Shown: one piece after another, positions 41,364 through 55,479 of the stretch | Numbering within the stretch: the stretch's first letter is position 1 | Layout of the letters: every line of letters begins with the position of its first letter | NCBI RefSeq assembly: GCF_009914755.1 | Contig: NC_060927.1 | Direction: 5' to 3' (one strand) | Length of the DNA stretch: 64,000 nucleotides | Source of the DNA: the human T2T-CHM13v2.0 reference genome, Homo sapiens | The notes under the pieces: generated by a model | The model's database searches: none | What the model was told of the DNA's origin: nothing | What the model saw: only the letters and a program-made list of their open reading frames with translations | Made by a program: the position numbers and the translations under genes

Positions 41364-41772
41364 TCAGGGTTCCACGTCTAGCTTCTCCTCTGATCTGCTG
41401 CGAGGCTACCCAGCTCTCTCTCCTGATGGAGATTAATTTACAAGTTAAAAAAATAAAGACGGAAACAAACTATTCACAACTATTGTTTGTATCCTAGGAT
41501 GAGAGTTGAGGTTGAAGACAAAAATATAAAGTTTAAAAACAATGTTTAGGGGGATAAACTGTAACCAGTTCAAATACTCTATCAAGGATAGTTCTGTATA
41601 AAGTTCTTTCAAATCGTATAAATTATTTAAGAATGATTCTTACAAACATAAGCAGATTCAGCTATGGCAAATGGAACCCTGATGAAACTGGTCATTAATT
41701 GTGACCATCACAAAATTGTCAGCCATTCCTGTTCGAATATATGTGACTTTTTATATAAGAAGACCTGGCGCA

Positions 41773-42058
41773 GGCCGGGCGCGGTGGCTCACACCTGTAA
41801 TCCCAGCACTCTGGGAGGCCGAGGCAGGCGGATCACGAGGTCAGGAGATCGAGACCATCCTGGCTAACACGGTGAAACCCCATCTCTACTAAAAATACAA
41901 AAAATTAGCTGGGCGTGATGGCGGGCGCCTGTAGTCCCAGCTACTCGGGAGGCTGAGGCAGGAGAATGGCGTGAACCCGGGAGGCGGAGCTTGCAGTGAG
42001 TGAGCCGAGATCCCGCCACTGCACTCCAGCCTGGGCGAGAGCGAAACTCCGTCTCAAA

Positions 42059-42089
<31 letters not shown>

Positions 42090-42091
42090 AT
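41773..42091 (+). mobile_element. AluY with (AAAT)n tail
   Basis: ACCATCCTGGCTAACACGGTG and GAATGGCGTGAACCCGGGAGGCGGAGCTTGCAG; TSD ACCTGGCGCA at 41763-41772 and 42092-42101. Confidence 0.96.
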
Positions 42092-42826
42092 ACCTGGCGC
42101 AGAGGTATTGAATATGCATAACTGAAAATATACAGTGTATACTATCATAAATACAGAAGAACATGTGGGTCTTCACTGTCTGTTCTTACAGAGGAATCCA
42201 GTAGCTGTCTCACATCTTCATGAGATGTCTGCTAATGTGGGGTTGGAGGCAATGAAGAATGCTGGGTACAATTGACATAAGGGAGTTTTCAGAAGGCAAG
42301 GGAAAATATTCTGGGTATAATTAAGGAACCTGGAAATTAACAACTTGATGTCATTAAAAGTTGAGGGGAAAGTGGAATAAGCCCTTTTGTTCATATATGA
42401 CTATAAAAATATGTTTTTGCATGATTTTGAAATGTCAGTCCTAGTTAGAGTTGGGCTTTTCAAAGTGTACTAACTCTCAGAACATATAATGTGATGGAGT
42501 TGTTGTAGGATATTCTCAGGGTCTTCTCCGGTCAAGCATTCTCAGAGTTGGGCAGAGGGAACACCTGGCCTTGGCTGCAAAGTGGCCTTCCTAGGACTCT
42601 GCCTGCTCCCGGATGAAGCACTGCTGACCTGCAAGCTCACTGGGCTGCCGACAAGCTGCTGCGGAATCACAAGAAATTGGGAGATCCCTTCAGGAGTGAG
42701 GAAAATGGGATGCTTCCTCAGCCCAGGGAGGATGTGGAGCAGGAACCCAGAGGGAGGGGAGGCCCTCAGAGTCTAGGCAGCCTGCACTGGAATAACTGGA
42801 TCCTATGCCCCCCTCCCTCTCTCTGA

Positions 42827-43678
<852 letters not shown>

Positions 43679-43688
43679 CATTATTCTT

Positions 43689-43730
43689 TTTTTTTTTTTT
43701 TTAATTTTCACTGCCCCAGTCAAGGGAGAC
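43689..43730 (-). other. 28-nt polyadenylated micro-retroinsertion with perfect 10-bp TSD
   Basis: CATTATTCTT at 43679-43688 and 43731-43740 flank poly-T plus AATTTTCACTGCCCCAGTCAAGGGAGAC. Confidence 0.8.
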
Positions 43731-43761
43731 CATTATTCTTATTAGAATATGCCCCTAGGTT

Positions 43762-44200
43762 TATATCTTCATTTTTCTTTGGCTGCTATAACAAATTACT
43801 GGCTTAGTGGATTTAGTAGCTTAAAACAACACAGATTTAGTCTCTCATAATTCTGGAGATCAGAAGTCTTACGGGGCTAAAAATCAATGTGCCAGCAGAG
43901 CTGGTTTCTTCTGAAGGCTCCTGGGGAGAACCCATTCGTTGCCTCTTCTAACTTCTAGAGGCTGCCAGCATTCGTTGGCCTGTGGCTATTATTACTCTAA
44001 CCCCTGCTTCCATCATCACACCATCTTTTCCTCTTTTATTCCTCTTGTGTCCTTCTAAGAGCCATGGTGATCACATCTGGATCATTCAGGCTAATCTCAA
44101 AGTCCTTAACTTAATCAAACCCTTTTCCCAAATTAACACTCATGGGTTCTGGGGGTTAGGGTGGGAACATATTTGGGGGATCATTATTGGGCCTACCATA
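43762..44200 (-). mobile_element. MLT1-type MaLR LTR
   Basis: GGCTGCTATAACAAATTAC...CTTAAAACAACACAGATTT...TTCTGGAGATCAGAAGTC...GCCTACCATA. Confidence 0.85.
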
Positions 44201-45120
44201 CCAGCTCGGACTTCTTTCTGTCTTCAGACTTGGATACCCAGTTGTCTACTCTGCTACTGTACTGGAATATTTAATAGGTGTCTTAAAACCAACATGATAA
44301 ATGAGCTGTTTCTCTTGAAGTCTTCTTCATCTCAGTTCATGACAACTCCTTCCTTCTAGTTGTCCAGCCCAAAAACTTTGCAGTCTCCCTTAATTCCTCC
44401 ATTTTTCTTACATATCACGTTCAATGTCAGCAGCAAATTCAATTGTCAGCTCGTCTCAACTCAATGTTGGTGCTTGTCTAGATTATCTCAGGCCCCTCTA
44501 AGTGGTCTCCCAGCTTTCTGCACTGCCCCGCTGCAGTCTGTTTTCCACGCAGCAGCCTGAATGATCCTGCTAACACCTAACTCAAATCGTGCCGCTCTTC
44601 CTAAAGTTCTCCAGTGACTCTCTATTTTACTAATAATACCCACCAGGTCCTACATGACTTGTGCCCCCGTCATCTCTCTGCCTTCATCTCGTGCCACTAT
44701 TTACTCTGTCCCAGCTACACGGGCACCTGAGGCATGTCCCTGCTTTGGGGCCTTTGTACGGCGCCTCTCTCAGATGACCATATAGCTCCATCTCTCATAC
44801 CTCTCAAGTGTTTTCTCAAATGCTACTTTCTTATAAAGATTTCCCCAACCTCCATAGATAAAAGTAGGTTCCATATCGTCTCCACACTTCATCTTGCTCT
44901 AGCCTCATTTTCTGCTTTATGTTTCTCTGTGCCTTGTTTCTCTTCCAGTTTTTGCTATCAGTCTACCTATTTTACCTAGTTGTCTTCTCCCTTCACATTG
45001 TTTTTCTCCTCTAAACCATACATTCCATGAGGATATGCATTTTTGTTTGCCTCGTTTTCTTCTGTAACAAAGAACCATGTCCAGCTTATAGTAGGACTCA
45101 ATAAATATTTGTTGCATGGT
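44201..45120 (+). mobile_element. L2 3' region
   Basis: GCAGTCTGTTTTCCACGCAGCAGCCTGAATGATCC...TAGTAGGACTCAATAAATATTTGTTG. Confidence 0.8.
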
Positions 45121-47289
45121 CAAAAGGCATTCCCTATGTAGGTGTACAAGAGGTAAGTGAAATGTGACATTTGCTTCATCTGTTCTTTTATTAAATCTAT
45201 CATTAAATGTTTATTGAGAGTCTTCTCTGAGCCCAATGCCACCAGTTCCTCGAGGAACTCAAGTTGTTAAGGGAGTCATAGAAGTAGCCATCTAATTTGA
45301 ATACAAAGCAGACTTACAAGTGCTGTAGTGAGAGTTCAACGGGCAGTGGGGCACAGAGGAGGAATAGAGGTGTTCTGTCCTGCTGGTGGTGTTGGGTGAT
45401 TGGAAGTAGCTTCATGGAGAAGATGGCATTTGAGCTGTGCCTTGATGCGTTCCTAGTTGTCCTGTAAGCCTCAGGATCAGTGTGAGAAGTCACAGTTCCT
45501 TGACTGCAACTTTAACTCCTGCCAGCCCAAAAGCCAAAGCTTGGGAGGTGCTTTAGCCTCCTCTTCAGCCCCTCAGCCCATTTCAGAGACTTCTGGAGAG
45601 AGAATTGAAAAGATCACATCTGCCAAGCAGAAGGCAAGGCTTTCGGTAAGGTCACAGTAGATGGATTGCCTTCACGATGTCATCCTGGGGAGCATGTGTG
45701 CAAAATCTGGGCAGGAGATCAGAGCTTTGGCAGGGAGGGGCATGGGCGGGCCGGGCCCATGTGGAAAGCTGGGCCCCAGGGCTCTCTTGTGAGGCAGAAG
45801 AGGGTGTCATTCAAGAGCAAGGATAGGATAACAGGTCTTGCAGCCCTGAATAGCTCCCCTGTCTCTGTCTCCTGGTGGCCTTGAAGTCCCATTTGCCCAC
45901 AAGGGAGGGAGGTTTTGTGAAGAAACACATGACTGGTTGCCCCGGCTATCTCAAATCTGACCTTCTGTTCCCATTTCAAACTTTAGAGTGGAGTCTTCTC
46001 GTCTTTGTTCTTTGTTTATTATTTTCTTCTTCATTCCCTCCAAATGTCTTAAGAGGCTAAGGCAGAAACAAGTAAAGGAGAGACCTGGTTTTATAGCTGC
46101 CTGGTTTGTAACACTCCCCTCTTGCTGATTTCTTGGGATCAGTGGGCTTACCAGTAGGAGCGTGTTTTGAAACTGGGCTATGATGCAGGAGAAGATCCTG
46201 TGTCCCTTGACTGTGCAGATGATGGTAGCCGACGAACCGACAAACACCTTCTGGGTGTCTGGCGCAACTCTGGATTCTGGACTTGCAAAAGGGTAAAAGT
46301 GGTGGTGGGCCAGGTGGAAGATGGCAGTGGCCCGTGGCTAGGTCCCAGCTCCTGGGCTGCTGGCTGAGTCCAGGCCACAGCTGGGGCAGCCCAGGTTGAG
46401 GGGCAGCCACAGTGAGGAGGGCTCAGGGGACATATGGAAGACCCTTTACTTCATCGTGCCCCCTGGGGTGGGAGTGAGCTGGACACCTTGCTGAAGCCAC
46501 ATGACGTGTGTACATGGGACCCCAGGTTATCGCCTACCTCAGCCCCACCAAGGGTCCAAGCCCTTTCCCTGGGGAGACGGTGACCATGCTCTAGTCAATA
46601 ACCCTCAGTTAATCTGCTTCCAGCCAGCTATGAAGATGAATAAAGAGAACCTGGACAACTACCCAGGCATGAGCCCAGCACACTGGCTTCAATCATTACT
46701 CTGCATGTGGAGCAGAAAAGTGACCTTCAGCTCACCTCTGTACTCATATCAAATGACAACCGGGGTACTGAACTTCCACTCCTTTGCTTGGGAGCGCTTA
46801 AATAAATAACCTACCTTAGGGGAAAAAGGCATAAAACCCATGCCTGTGCCCCACAAAGCTCCCCTCTGTAAGTTAGCTCCTAGACCCAGGTGTTCTGAGC
46901 TGATGCAGAATTCAGTGTTTTAGAGATGATGAAGCCAAGAGAGGTGGGATGGAGGGAGAGTAGATGACAGCCCAGCTGAGGAAGAAGGGGGAACACTGAG
47001 GCCTCCAGAACTCAGAAGGCTGCTGGCATACACCCTGGCCTCGGACTGGCCCATCTCAGTGAACCCCAGGACAGAACTGGCAGTTTTCAGGCTGAGCACA
47101 AGTGGGCCCACAACTTCAGTGTTGGTAACTGATTTTAAAGCTATTAATTTAATCTTACAATAAAAACTAATGAAAAACACCAACACAATGAAACAAAAAC
47201 AGCAAAATCTCTTTTCCTTATAGGATACCATCTCTAGCGCCCCATGATTCTTCTAATTATACCCGCTTCCCTTTTTTATGGCTGATTTA

Positions 47290-47460
47290 GAGCCAGGCTG
47301 CCCGGGTTGGAATCCCAACCCTGCCATTTGCTGGCTCACTCGGGGTGGGCAGGTATCTTAACTTCTGTGTGCCTCAGTGTCCTTATTGGTAGAATGAAGA
47401 TAATCACAGAATCTACTTTTTTAAGGATCGAATGAGTAACGATTTTTGGAGTGGTCATAA
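47290..47460 (+). mobile_element. MIR SINE
   Basis: GAGCCAGGCTGCCCGGGTTGGAATCCC...CTTAACTTCTGTGTGCCTCAGT. Confidence 0.8.
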
Positions 47461-48196
47461 AATCAGTACTGCAAATGGAATAGCCACCTCCCGTCTCCCC
47501 CCAACCCCGAGGCCTTCCCTGACTCCTCCGGTCCCACTGAACTGCTTTTTCTAAGTGCTCCATCTGTAGGTGTGAAATAATACACTCATGCCTGAGCTCC
47601 AAAGAGTCCCCCTCTGTAGGTAAACTCCTAGACCCAAGAGCACGTGGGCTGTGCCTCTGCTGCAGCCCATACCACCTGTGCTTGGCATTTCTTACGCTGA
47701 CAGCTCTTCCTGGACAGGGGGGTTGTCTCACTTATCTCTGTGTCCTCTAAGTCCTCACAGTACCTGGCACACAGAAAAAATGCAGCAAATGCTTGTTAGA
47801 AAGAAAATGAAACTCTCTTCTCATCTAATGATTCCAGATATCACCTCTCCCACTTATTTCACAGCAGCTCTGGGAGTATGGCAGAGCTGGGATTATTATC
47901 TCCATCTTTAGAGGCCCAGAAAGGAGAGCTTCCAAGGTTCCGTGAGTGTCTGGTCAAGGGACAGACACAGGCCTCAGTTCAGAAACTTCTCACTTAGTTG
48001 GCCTTTCCTCTTAACACTTTTTGTCATTTCTTATTCTAGTAGCTGCATGCATCTCCTGACTTATTCTAGCCACCTCAGTGTGTCCTGTGTATAAGAGATA
48101 TAACTTAGTGCCTGGAAGCCCAGCAAGCCAGGGGCTTAGAGAGATGAACTGGCTTGTCCTCTGGGCCCTGGGCCACTGCCTGCTCTCAGAACAAAG

Positions 48197-48410
48197 CTTC
48201 AAGCAGCCTGGACAACATAGCAGGACCCTGTCTCTACAAACAAATTTCTTAAAATTAGCAGGCATGACAGTGCACGCCTATGGTCCCAGCTACTCAGGAG
48301 GCTGAAGTGGGAGGATCACTTGAGCCCAGGAGGTTGAGGCTGCAGTGAGCCAAGACCACACCACTGCACTCCAGCATGGTCAACAGAGTAAGATCCTGTC
48401 AAAAAAGAAA
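48197..48410 (+). mobile_element. 5'-truncated AluJ
   Basis: CAGCCTGGACAACATAG...GGAGGATCACTTGAGCCCAGGAGGTTGAGGCTGCAGTGAGC. Confidence 0.9.
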
Positions 48411-48416
48411 GTGCCA

Positions 48417-48452
48417 TGAGCTGTGAGCTGTGAGCTGAGCTGTGAGCTGTGA
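48417..48452. repeat. Short (TGAGCTG)n heptamer repeat
   Basis: TGAGCTGTGAGCTGTGAGCTGAGCTGTGAGCTGTGA. Confidence 0.85.
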
Positions 48453-49236
48453 ACCAGCCATTTGGACCCAGCTGCTCTCATGTCACTATGTCAAAATATC
48501 CTCAAAAAGCAGACAATCTGCAATAGACATCCCAGCCCTTACCCATCCTTGAGCCTCCCTTGCCCATTCCACAGCCCCCAGGGGATGCAGGGGGGATTAC
48601 TGTGGTAGCTATTACTTGATAATTGAGAAGAAAACAAGCAAAAATAAGTGCTCTTTTTTTCTCTCTCTTTTGGCTGCACTGAAATGCTTCTGGCTTCCAA
48701 TTGCCCACATGGAGAAGCCTGGGACTCCCCTCAGATGCAACTTATCTTTGTTTCTGGCTCCTGGGGGCTGTAGAGTTGAGTCAGCATCATCAGCTGTATG
48801 GGGAGAGGCTGCTATTGAATCTTGTGATCGGGGCCCAAGGGAGAGCTGGAGTAATAGTGATTCACAAGTACACATCAGCTATCACCTTACAAATCACATT
48901 CTCATCCATTATTCATTTGACCTTCACAGTTCTCTGGCTAGGTCAGCAGGATATTACAAGGAGCAAAAATGGATTTTAAAAATCTCAGTAAGCTGAGATA
49001 GGCTGTGACTTGAAGCAGAAGCCCGGGTGTGAAAAGTACGGCACAGGGATCTAATACAGCCCATGGTGAAGACCGTGGAGTTAATCCAAAAAACAAAACA
49101 TAATCTGGTGCAGCCCGCACACCTGGTTCCTTTCTAGTCCCACCAACTGCATGAACTTGGGCAAAGCATAACCCCCTCTGGACCTCAGTTTTTCTATCTG
49201 CAAAATGAGGTTGATGAGCTCCAAGTTCTAGCCTAG

Positions 49237-49964
<728 letters not shown>

Positions 49965-50507
49965 CCGAGCTATTTTGATGAGGCTATATTAAGACAGAAG
50001 GGTGAGGAAACACCTCCCCACTGCTCCCTCAACACACCCACATACCCTGAAGTGGGGGCAAATGTCACTATAAAACCAACAAGTCCATGAACATGTCCCC
50101 AGTTGTTAGCAAATCAGTACACAATACCTGCCTTAAGTGTCTGATCCTAACTTCATTGTGTGATTTTCTTTTTACATTGAAAATGTGCTCATGGGGTTCA
50201 CCAAGAACCTCGAAAGAGCTGTAACAAGATAGAGTGTGCCCAGAGGACGTGGTGGTGCTTGCACATTTTGTCTTTTTTGGTGTGACCTCAGAAAGTGATG
50301 ATCCTTTCATTTTCTGGTTGGCAGCAGAGGGAGAGGGGCAAGGGGCCTCCTGCTTCCCTCCAATCAGAGCCAAGGATTGGCAGTAGATGGCCTCTTCTTT
50401 CTAGATCCTCTGCTTCTTAGTAGTAGCAGGCTGCCCTAACTGTTTTCATGTTAAAAACTCTGCTCAGGGCAACAAGCATGGTAGAGCCACTGTATACATC
50501 AACTCTT

Positions 50508-50817
<310 letters not shown>

Positions 50818-50834
50818 CACATCAACTCTTAACT

Positions 50835-51670
50835 GTATTGTGAATTGTATTTGTGGATTACATACATATCCTTGAAGGCAAAAAATAAATGGAAGCTCAA
50901 TCAATTCTTTTGCCATGCTCAGAATGTACAGCTGATATTGTGAAGTGCTAAACCCTGTGGAAATGATAGTTGTCATCAGTTCAATGAACAAAATGCAAGC
51001 TTGAAAAACAGGACTTTCAACATGTGTTTACCATCAATTGATATGAACCGAACAGCCATATATCTCTTTTTAGTGGGCTGAAACTGACTCCTGTCACAGG
51101 AAGAATGGGAAAAAGTTTGATTTTGCTTGAAAAAAATAACATTATGAAAGCTAAAACTCATGATTTTAGAAAATGTAATATCTTCTATTTAAAACAAATA
51201 TAGTTTATTACAGCATTATATTGCAATAATGTTGGAGAGATAATTGATTAAAATAAAATGAAAATGTATGGAGTAAGCAAAATTGAATTAATTGCTTCTG
51301 AATGTAATGTTGTTTTCTTAAATTGAATGAAATGTTTTGAGTCTTTATTCATGCTTTTTCGTAGCCCTTTCAGACATTTTAACTAATATATATTAGTGAG
51401 ATAGAGAAACCAATATAAATTAGTGAAATTAATATTTGTTATATCTCAAATGGATATAAAATAGGTATTTTAACTAGGTTAATAGAATTTAAAAATTCTG
51501 TAAGAGGTATTTGTTTTGAATTATAGATCCTAGAAAATGGAATTATTTTAATCATCTAATTTGTATGTGTTTAACTTTAAGAATGTCTCAATGCAGGAAA
51601 AAAAGAGAGGTTTTTATTGTGGCTCCTAAAATTTAGAACACAGATTATTGTAGAAGTTCTCGCAACTGCC
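50835..51670 (+). mobile_element. Possible decayed hAT/Charlie DNA transposon 3' part
   Basis: Broken frames give YP...A..ILLP...YCE...KL..D, reminiscent of the hAT C-terminal dimerisation domain, followed by a very AT-rich tract; weak. Confidence 0.3.
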
Positions 51671-51769
51671 TAAAAGGAGTACATGTTTTGAAAGAATAAA
51701 CAGAAAGAAAAAGAAAGAACAAGGCAAAAGAGTCAGCCCTTGGTGAGGAGGCTTTGAGGAGCCTTGTGG

Positions 51770-53300
51770 GTCTGGGTAGGCAGACAGTGCGGGCCGGAGG
51801 TGGCGCATTCCCTGTGCGGCCTGACAAAGCGACGCAGAGCCCTGCCCTCCAAACAACAGCACAAATGACAGAAGCCATCAGCTGCGGTCAATTTTCCAAT
51901 GACAAGGCTTCTTAAAGTAAGGCGGTTCAAAGCGCAGGAACCCAAACACTGGGGCACAGTGAGTGAAGCTCACAGGTCCTGCACCTGCCGCTGGCGTCTG
52001 TTACAGCTCATTTCTTTCGTGTGTCAGGTAGAAAGGGCACTCTATATAACTCTGCACTTGCCCAGGAATCTCTCCTCTACAATCGGCAGCCAGTACTTCA
52101 CGTGTCTGGAGGGAGCGGGAGAGGCAAGCAAGGTTAATGACGTGCCTAAGGTCACGGGAAAAGTAAGTGGAGAAATATGAGCAGCCTCCCAGACCTTGGG
52201 CCTGTTTCCCTCCCATTTCTGTGCTGTGACACACAATGCAACGGATGAAGGGACGGTTCTCCTTTTATCATCCTTTCCAACAAGTGGAAAAATTGCTTTG
52301 CTGAGACAGTGACCAATTTCTTTCTAAAGCGTTCAGTACACAAGACCTCCTGAAAGTACCTATGTAAATGGAACCCACGTCTTCCTTTTCTGTTCTTCTT
52401 CTTATCGTGGTGTTGGTTGTTCCTAATATAAGTATTATTTTAGGCTTTCTCTTACCACAGCCCTTTAAGCCACAAAGACCCTCTAGGCTTCTGATGTTGA
52501 GGTCATGGAGGCCACTCCTTCCCCAAATTCCGATCTGCGAAGGCATCAGAGGAGAACGGCTGTGAGAAGCAGTGGGCGGGAACCCATCCTTGGCTAGGTT
52601 TACAGTGCTGTTGAAGGGGCTGATGGCGGCTACTATTTGTTTTTACCGTCTCTCGCTCTCTCTCTCTGATAATTCCCTCCAAGTTGGACACTTAAAATAA
52701 GGTCCTCGTAAACTCCTTCAGCTTGAGAGTTTCCAGGAAAGGGAATGTTAATTTTGTTGACAAATTTCAGTATCCCAAAGCCCCAGGTCTTAATTCATTG
52801 TCAAACTCTCGGTCCTGAGCCTGCATACTCCCCTTGTGCTCCTAATTAGTCTTGTCATGAGCTCCTATGCTGTTGTCTTAAACACAGCCCTGTGTCCTGG
52901 GAGCCAAAGGGCGCTTTGGGGTGCGTAGTGCTGTATTTGTGTATATTTAAAAAAAATAGTCATCGCTCGTCTTGCTGTGGCCGCCATCATTTTTCCGTGG
53001 AGGTGTTGCCATAGAGATGTTGTCTGATCCATCTCTATTGATATCACCCTTTAAAGGGGCCCCTGAATAGGCACTGAGGTAGGTAAATGTATGCAGTGAC
53101 ATTGAGCGGATGATTCTATTCTGAAAAATTCCTGCACCATTTGTTTCTGTGCTTGTCTGAGGGCCGGGACACGGTGTTGGGTTTTGTTGCACGTGCTCTC
53201 TTCACAGGCCCGGAGTTAATGCAAGCCTTGTTTGAAACCACTGAAGCAGAAATTTCTCTGCTGCCAAGGACAAAAGCTTCACAGGCCACCTCGGAGGCTG
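51770..53300. promoter_or_regulatory. Candidate enhancer block(s)
   Basis: Largely repeat-free and CpG-retaining; TGACA x3, CAGCTG, CTCGTAAA, TTCCAGGAA, CATTGT, TAATTA, CCGCCATC motifs; inference only. Confidence 0.4.
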
Positions 53301-53789
53301 CTTTGGGAAGGCCGTGTCTCCGGGGCTCCCAAAGGAAATGGGAGATAACCGGGAGCAGGGAGGAGCACCTCAAATTCCCCCAGCCCTCCTAGACTGTCTG
53401 GACACATCTGGCCCCCTCTCTTCTGGGGAAGTGCTGGCCTCTCCAATCAGAGGTTTTGATATAATTTGCCCTTTTCCAGCCTGTTGAGAGAAATTGTCTG
53501 AAAGATAGGCGTGCTTTTCTGTCCGTGGTATTAAGTGTGTATTTGTACATCTTCTCTGCATCTTTTCTGTCTCACATCATGGGGGAGAAGCTCTCTTATA
53601 AACAACAGTCACAGTTACACTGATTCACACCTTTACGTTTAAACCAAATGATACCACGTTCTCTTCCTACTCTGAGAAAAAGAAAGGGAGGAAGAAAAGA
53701 CACAAGGGGGGAAGGATTTATTGAATGCCCTGTGTCCTGAAATAGTGTCGGGGACTTGGTAAGTCATAATAAACCAATTTTGTTGAAAA

Positions 53790-53990
53790 AATGAACAAGG
53801 GACTATTTAAAGCCAAGCATTGTGCTAGGAGTTTCCAAAAGTATTTTCTGTACTCTTCTCAGCTCTGTGATAAAGGAGTTGTTAGCCCCTTTTTACAAAA
53901 AGATTGAGTGACTTACCCAAGACCGCACAGAAGAGAAGCAGTGGCCCCTGGACTTGAATCTGGGTCTTTTTCCCAGACTCCAGCAGCTCT
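53790..53990 (-). mobile_element. MIR SINE
   Basis: CCCTTTTTACAAA...TTGAGTGACTTACCCAAGACCGCACAG...GGACTTGAATCTGGGTC. Confidence 0.7.
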
Positions 53991-54599
53991 GCCCCAACTC
54001 TATTTGGTGGCCTCTGCCCATGGGCCGGTGCTGTGGGAGGTAGGACTGCTTTCTCACTTCTGGGCACGAGGGTAGAGTGGATGGGGCTCCACTTTCCCCA
54101 TGCTCCTTGCTCCGACCCCTGTTCTTGTCCATTTGGCCGTGGCCAGCCCCTGCCTGGTGTTAGCAGCATCGTAGAAGGGAGGCTTATGAGGACAAAAGCA
54201 GAAATTGCAAAGTTATGGACATTTCCTGAGCCTCGAGATTAGGTCCAGGGTGGTTTTTGTAACAGTGGTTCTGGCCCCCAGATGTCTGCTTCTCTGTCAA
54301 GTTACCCCATGTGTGGGTCGTGTCTGCTGAAGGCTTAGCAGGAAGGCAGGGGATAAGCATTTTTTTTTTCCTTTGGGAACTGTGGCATGTGGATTTTGGA
54401 CATGGAACTTCAGTGTTCATTCATCCTTTCATTCATTCACTCACTCCTAACTTCATTACTTCATTTATTCATTCATATACTCAATCCACACTCTATGTAG
54501 GACATGAGCCAGGCACAGATGTCCAGCATGAAGCATGCAGAAATGAGTAAGGCAGGGGCCCTATTTCCCATCCACTAAGAAATGTTTAATAATAGCACC

Positions 54600-54800
54600 A
54601 AAAATAACAACAGTTAACAGCTTTATCATTTACAGAATGCCCTCACAGCTCTCATCCAATCTTCACCACATAAATTGTGGTAGGAACTATTGCTAAATGG
54701 ATTTCATAGATAAGGAAAACAACACTCAGATTTGGCCAAAAAGTCAGTAAGTGGCTGGGGTGAGTTTGCACCCCAGTCCTTTGATCCCAGGTCCTGTGTG
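54600..54800 (-). mobile_element. MIR SINE
   Basis: ATTTCATAGATAAGGAAAAC...AGTAAGTGGCTGGGGTGAGTTTGCACCCCAGTC. Confidence 0.65.
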
Positions 54801-55029
54801 GTTTTGAGTAGCCCCAGTGTTTCCCCTCTGCATTTCTCTGTCTGCCACTTTATGACCAAGGAGTCAGCCCATTTTGGATAATGAAACCACCTAAACCCAC
54901 TCTGTTTGACTCCTTCGAATAGTGGGGAAAGGGTGGCATTTCGCAGAACTCTTCAGGAGAGGCTGCTTTGTTTATGTTCTTGAGAGTTCACAAGTGGGTT
55001 GCAAGGGTCCCCCTATTTTGGACTAAAGT

Positions 55030-55165
55030 AGTGATTTTCAATTTTGTCTGTACATTGGAAGCTTGCAAACACTCAGGCCTGGGCCCCATCCCAGAGATGG
55101 TGATTCACTGGCTTGAGATGGGGTCCAGGCAGTATGTTTTTCTGTCCACATCCATTCTGAGCTAG
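55030..55165. mobile_element. MER5-type hAT MITE fragment
   Basis: CTGTACATTGGAA...GCCTGGGCCCCATCCCAGAGATGGTGATTCACTGG..TGGGGTCCAGG. Confidence 0.6.
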
Positions 55166-55479
55166 GGTGTTCCTTGGCCCTACTCAAAATGCTCAGTTTT
55201 GGCCTGTTCTGCAAATATCCTCTGACTGGAAGGGAATGCTGAGAGGAGGGAGGTGTATGCCCCAGCAGCCGTCTGGGCTTAAGGGATCTCATGCCCTGCT
55301 AGGCACCAAGCTAGAGCGGAGGGTCCCTCATGGATGGCCTGGTGGACACTGCAGGTTAACATTTAACTAGCAGTACTCTGGGAAACAGGTCTAATGTCTG
55401 ACGTTAAGGGTTGCCTTCAGCGGCCCAGAAAATTCCTGTTAAATTAGAAAATATGATGTCACTGCTATCCTGTACAATA

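Noticed and set aside
41131-41436. ORF with a repeated 13-aa motif
   Set aside because: By-product of the 39-bp tandem repeat; no splice or promoter support
45093-45222. Tail-to-tail L2 ends (miR-28-like origin), CTCAATAAATATTT / AAATGTTTATTGAG
   Set aside because: Only about 14 bp of pairing around a loop of about 95 nt; not pre-miRNA geometry
46140-46400. Minus-strand splice donor (CTG|GTAAGC at about 46150) near several short ORFs
   Set aside because: An isolated donor is expected by chance; no clear acceptor or recognisable protein, though a lncRNA exon cannot be excluded
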